Shown here: positions 59,360-64,000 of the stretch, piece by piece
Position numbering within the stretch: position 1 is the first letter of the stretch
Layout: every line of letters starts with the position of its first letter
From: Blepharisma stoltei ATCC 30299
Taxonomy: Eukaryota > Protista > Ciliophora
Assembly: GCA_965603825.1 (NCBI GenBank)
Contig: CBFDEM010000011.1
Location: forward strand, 744,001-808,000
Reading direction: 5' to 3'
DNA: 64,000 nt
Notes under the pieces: generated by a model
Seen by the model: only the letters and a program-made list of their open reading frames with translations
The model's database searches: none
Told to the model about the DNA's origin: nothing
Made by a program: the position numbers and the translations under genes

Positions 59360-61373
59360 ATGATCGAGGAAACCTTTGAATCAACATTGTAAGCTCTATT
59401 AAGAGTGCCGGATATAGATTTTCTTAAATATGTATATGAAGAAATCGAGCAAGGATCTGAAATTGAGCGAGTTTATGATCAAATCGAAAAGCCAATCACA
59501 TTAGAAAAGGTCAAGAAAATATTGAAAGAACTGTCCATAGCCTTTACTTATGATTTTGCTCAAGCACATACATATTTTCAAAAGAAAACAAATAAAAATG
59601 ACCCTGATGATATAATTGACCCCAATAATATTCGTTTTGAGTCATTCAAAAGACGATTAGGAAATTATATACTAGAAAAAGCGTATGATATTACAGGTTA
59701 TGAAGGTGGAGTGGCTCAGCTTATAGAAGATACACGTCATCAGCCTACAGAGAAGTTTTCTATCCAAGAGTCTACTAAAGAAGGCAGCTTTATTGATGAA
59801 GATGTTCCTCAAACTAATCAAAATGAAGCTGCTCTACCAAAAAGGGAAAGCAAAAATACTTGAATAAGCAAAAAGCTAGAAGAGCATAAAAAGGAAATTG
59901 AGGAGGTTTTTAATACAAATTTTAATCAGCTACAAGGATTGATGGACATAAGGGTATGCAAAGAAATTGTGCAAAACATTTTTGAGATAACCAAGGTCGA
60001 TGTTGCTGAAAAAGAAATAAAAAAGATTTTTAGATATATGGACAAGCAATATCCACCTAAGAAATGCGATGAAAATGAGCTTCTTGAGCTTAGGCCAGAA
60101 GCTATTGAAGAACTTGCAAAATTAGGTATTGATCCTTCTTTGGTTTTCCCTAAAATAAGTTTAGATGAAATTTTAGATATTATAGAAACTTGAGCAGAAA
60201 CAAGTGTTGAGCCTATACAAGACGATAATATCTTAAAAATAAACAAAACTATTAAAGAATATACTGAAATATGCCGACTGATGGCAATTAACGACCAAAA
60301 CACCAAACCAATTGAAATTTTAATTTCAAACTTAGAAAAAGAATTGAAAGATTATAAAGCAAATAAAGAAAAAATTGCAGAAAAGGAGGTTCTAGGCAAG
60401 CAAAAAGACAATTTAAAAGGAATCTTCCAATTTTATTCTCAAGTCAAAATGCTCGGAAAATCTTCAACTTTTGAAGAAATCAAAGATAATCAGTCAGTCT
60501 TGACCTTGCCCAGATTCATACAATTTTGTATAGATTTCAATCTAATTGGCATCCCATCACAGCAATGCCGCTTCATCTCAAAAGATGAAGTGAAAATTGT
60601 TTTCAAAAGAGTTTCAGTAAGCAGCAGAATTATGAAAGAATCACATTTTTTCGTAAGAGTTATATTAGGATGCTTTAGATAAGCTGGCTGCAATTTTTTA
60701 TAATAAAAAATATGATGAAACTTATCAAACGAATTTTGCAAATCAATCGCTTTCAGTTAAAAGAAAATTACTTTATGAATATCTTGGCGTTAATAACACT
60801 GAAGAGCTAAAGAAAAAAGGGATAATTATTAAGCCAAAGCCAAAAATAACGGATAAAAAGAAAGACAAAAGAAGATCAAAGTCAAAAGCAATTAGTAAAA
60901 CTCCTAAATCTGAAATACAAAAACCAATAATTTCAATCGAAGCAAAAGAAATGACATCTTCACGAAGGTCATTAGAAGAGATTCCAGCTGAAAATAAAAA
61001 AATAAGTCTCATCAAAACTAATGAAAATGAAGCTGACCATGCTAAAACAGAAGCTCAAAAAATCTTAAAGCCAGTGCAAAGCACAAAAGTGATAAAACCT
61101 CCACCCCTAATTAATTTAGAAACCACCAAAATCACATGAAACGACTTGCACAACATGGACATAAAAGAAATAAACACAGAAGATTCCCTCACCGATCTTA
61201 TTTACAGTGAAAAACAAAAACAGAAGCTAAAAAACAAAAATTCCAGTCAAAAAAATATTTTTCAGAATATGCAAGAAATCAACGAGGCCTTAAAACTTCA
61301 TGACACCAAGCTCGAAAAAGGCCTTAAAATTGTAGAGAAAGCCAAAGCCAGTATTGCTTTATCCCGTCTTTAA
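59360..61373 (+). CDS. Hypothetical protein (~660 aa); 15-nt and 16-nt introns
   Basis: Introns 59389-59403 and 60653-60668 plus three TGA-Trp codons join five ORF pieces. Confidence 0.7.
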
Positions 61374-61421
61374 TTTCAAAATAATGTTTTATTTAACTAC
61401 TTCCAATACTAATTTGCATAA

Positions 61422-62936
61422 ATGGAGACAGATCATCGATCAAGAGGTCTTTTAAGTGTAGCTGACGTTATGGGGACTTCAGACCCATCTTCCAGGAAAA
61501 CTAAAATAGTCTGCACCATGGGCCCTGCCTGTTGGGAAATTGATAACCTAGTTAAGATGTTGGATCTTGGTATGAATATCGCAAGACTCAACTTTTCCCA
61601 TGGCGACCACAAAGGCCACGCAGAAACTGTCAGAAGAATTCGTGAAGCCTGCAAACAGCGCCCTGAAAAGGTCTGCGCTATCATGCTTGATACCAAAGGC
61701 CCAGAAATCAGAACAGGAGAGCTAGAAGGGCACGGAACCGTCCAATTAAACGCTGGCCAAGAATTAACGATCACGACAGATTACACTTTTCTAGGCAATC
61801 ATGATATGATAGCTTGCAGCTACCCAGATTTGCCAACTTCTGTCAAAATTGGAGGCACTGTGCTTATTGCTGATGGCTCTATTGTCACTGAAGTCACTGA
61901 AATTGGGGACACTTGGGTCAAAGTGTTGGTCAAAAATAACGCCAAGGTCGGAGAAAAGAAAAACATGTGCTTGCCTGGGTGTATTGTAAATTTGCCAACG
62001 ATTACTGAAAAAGATGAAGACGATTTAGAGAATTTCGCACTGAAATATAACGTAGACTTCATTGCTGCAAGCTTTGTGAGAAAACCTTCTGATGTAGAGA
62101 CTATTAGAGATATTTTAGGACCTAGAGGTGCCCATATAAAAATCATCAGCAAAATTGAGAACCATGAAGGGCTTGAGAACTTTGAAGAAATTTTAAAAGC
62201 AACTGACGGGATTATGGTAGCAAGAGGAGACTTAGGTATGGAAATCCCAGCTGAAAAAGTATTTTTGGCTCAAAAAATGATGATTCAGAAATGCAAAATT
62301 TATGGAAAATCGGTGATTACAGCTACTCAAATGCTGGAATCAATGATCAACAACCCAAGACCTACTCGTGCTGAAGCTAGTGATGTAGGAAATGCTGTAT
62401 TGGACGGAACTGACGCCGTCATGCTTTCAGGAGAAACAGCAAACGGCCAATTTAATCTCAACGCTATTGAAATCATGGCCAAAATCTGCGTAGAAGCTGA
62501 AAGATGCATTGATTACTCCCAAGAGTTCTATAAAATCAGAGAATCAATCCCTTGGAGTCTCAGCACAACTGAAGCCGTCTGTTGTGCAGCTGTCAGAACT
62601 GCCCTTGACCTCAATGTACATTTAATTATTGCAGTTACAGACACCGGCTCCACCCCTCTTCAAATCGCCAAATTCAACCCTCCAATGCCTATTCTTTGTG
62701 TGAGTATGAGCCAAGCTACTATCAACCAAATGACTATTGTCAGAGGTGGACTCACCCTCAAAGTCCCATCATACGAAGGCACTGACAACTTATTAAGATA
62801 TGCCATCGAAGTGGCCAAATCCAGAAACCTGGTCAAGTCAGGAGACACTGTTATCGCTATTCACGGCAAATCTGAAGCTGACGTTAACAGAGCCAACATC
62901 ATGAAGATTTTAGTGGTCGACGAAGCAGATGACTAA
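61422..62936 (+). CDS. PK: Pyruvate kinase
   Basis: RKTKIVCTMGP, ARLNFSHG, LDTKGPEIRTG, IISKIEN, MVARGDLG, ATQMLESM, PTRAEASDV. Confidence 0.98.
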   Translation: METDHRSRGLLSVADVMGTSDPSSRKTKIVCTMGPACWEIDNLVKMLDLGMNIARLNFSHGDHKGHAETVRRIREACKQRPEKVCAIMLDTKGPEIRTGELEGHGTVQLNAGQELTITTDYTFLGNHDMIACSYPDLPTSVKIGGTVLIADGSIVTEVTEIGDTWVKVLVKNNAKVGEKKNMCLPGCIVNLPTITEKDEDDLENFALKYNVDFIAASFVRKPSDVETIRDILGPRGAHIKIISKIENHEGLENFEEILKATDGIMVARGDLGMEIPAEKVFLAQKMMIQKCKIYGKSVITATQMLESMINNPRPTRAEASDVGNAVLDGTDAVMLSGETANGQFNLNAIEIMAKICVEAERCIDYSQEFYKIRESIPWSLSTTEAVCCAAVRTALDLNVHLIIAVTDTGSTPLQIAKFNPPMPILCVSMSQATINQMTIVRGGLTLKVPSYEGTDNLLRYAIEVAKSRNLVKSGDTVIAIHGKSEADVNRANIMKILVVDEADD

Positions 62937-63047
62937 TAGCCTCGCCTAAATTTAATTTGCCTTCAAAATTCTCGTTTTTCTGTTTTTAAAAAAATCTTTT
63001 AGGATTCAGCTGGAAAGCCATTTTCTATCACGAATTTAAATTAAAAA

Positions 63048-63056
63048 CGCGGGAAA
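63048..63056 (-). promoter_or_regulatory. E2F consensus site TTTCCCGCG at the DP gene start
   Basis: cgcgggaaa overlaps the A of the ATG at 63056. Confidence 0.4.
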
Positions 63057-64000
63057 TGGAGCGAAATATTCCTCTTCACATCGAAAGATTAATATATGAG
63101 CTAAACCATAGCTCGAAAACTGAGCAAGTTCTTTTGAACGGTTCTAGCCTGATCTCACAGGATGTCACACTTATGCAGGTTTATTTGCAATTGGGCTACA
63201 GTCTGCAAACAAATCAGTTTGTCAGTTCGCCTACATCTCAACAGGCATTATGCCTGATCTCACAGGAGTATGGGGTTCCTCTCCATCAGCCTAATATTGA
63301 CAGCTTTTTGGCGAATACGCCAGCAAAACAGGCAGACCCTGACACGGAATTAAGACATGAAATGATGAAGACTTTTTATGAGCAGGGAATTGATGAAATT
63401 GCCGCGGGAGCTGAAATAGGCTTAGAAGTGGCCTCGGAGCCGCCTCATGCAAGCATGTGGGACTGTTTTAGTGTTTTGCCTAAGGCAGTGCAATTTTCTA
63501 CACCAAAACCTAGGAGAGCCCACCAAAGTCCGAGCACACAGGCCACCTGGCTTTTTACACCACTATCTTATAACTCGACCCCTTTTTCCGAATGTGACTC
63601 AGACATGGGCACCCCGAGGTCCACAAAAGGTCTAAAATACCTTACAACCCTCGTAAAACAATTAGTTTGCAAACAGCAGCCTACTTCTTTCAAAGAAGTT
63701 GCCCTTAAACTTATTGATGAATTAATCACGTCTGAAGGGGCTGATAGAATTAAAGAAGAAAAAAATGTCAGAAGACGCGTCTATGACGCAATCAATGTAT
63801 TAATAGCTGCAGGAGTTCTAGAAAGAAATGGCAGTACAGTAAACTGAAAAGAAGAATGGAGTGCGCTGGAGATTGATGAAAAAAGAAATGAATTGGAAAA
63901 AAGGAGAAAAGAAGTTGAAGCAAAAAGAAATGAGTTTAAAGAAATACTCAACAAGTATCTGGCGATACAGAATCTTATTTATAGAAATACAAATAACCCA
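63056..64000 (+). CDS. E2F/DP-family transcription factor, DP type (3' end runs off the window)
   Basis: KGLKYLT...V...TSFKEVA..L...EKNVRRRVYDAINVLIAAG winged helix, then VN[W] through TGA 63845, coiled coil and NLIYRN. Confidence 0.88.

Noticed and set aside
772-62848. Numerous short antisense or alternate-frame ORFs in the track
   Set aside because: They overlap well-supported genes and show no independent motifs.
15328-64000. Widespread pseudogenisation suggested by split ORFs
   Set aside because: The splits are in-frame TGA codons or 15-16-nt introns. Real lesions were seen only in the Rab array.

Overview
Gene-dense, AT-rich eukaryotic DNA from a heterotrich ciliate macronuclear-type genome, most consistent with Blepharisma. 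In-frame TGA repeatedly falls at conserved Trp positions, the genes I could trace to their ends stop on TAA/TAG, and introns are 15-16 nt GT..AG. The supplied standard-code ORF track therefore fragments many genes, and I re-joined them by hand. About 37 protein genes are present, including an NDR kinase, Sec24, cathepsin L, syntaxin, CEPT, V-ATPase a, kinesin-2, CDH1/FZR, ATG7, importin-beta, DGAT1/ACAT, RCC1, CEP44, cyclin, DUSP, pyruvate kinase and DP/E2F. A decaying five-copy tandem array of Rab1-like genes, carrying CEP44 and RAP-gene remnants, spans about 35.5-44 kb. The standout is a ~185-nt GC-rich structured island on the minus strand (7117-7301). It has an upstream CCCATAAA element, a T5 terminator, a 12-nt template (CACCCUAACACC, exactly 1.5 copies of the heterotrich telomere repeat CCCTAACA) and a template-adjacent hairpin, which makes it a strong telomerase RNA candidate. 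All assignments are by eye; no searches or folding programs were run.
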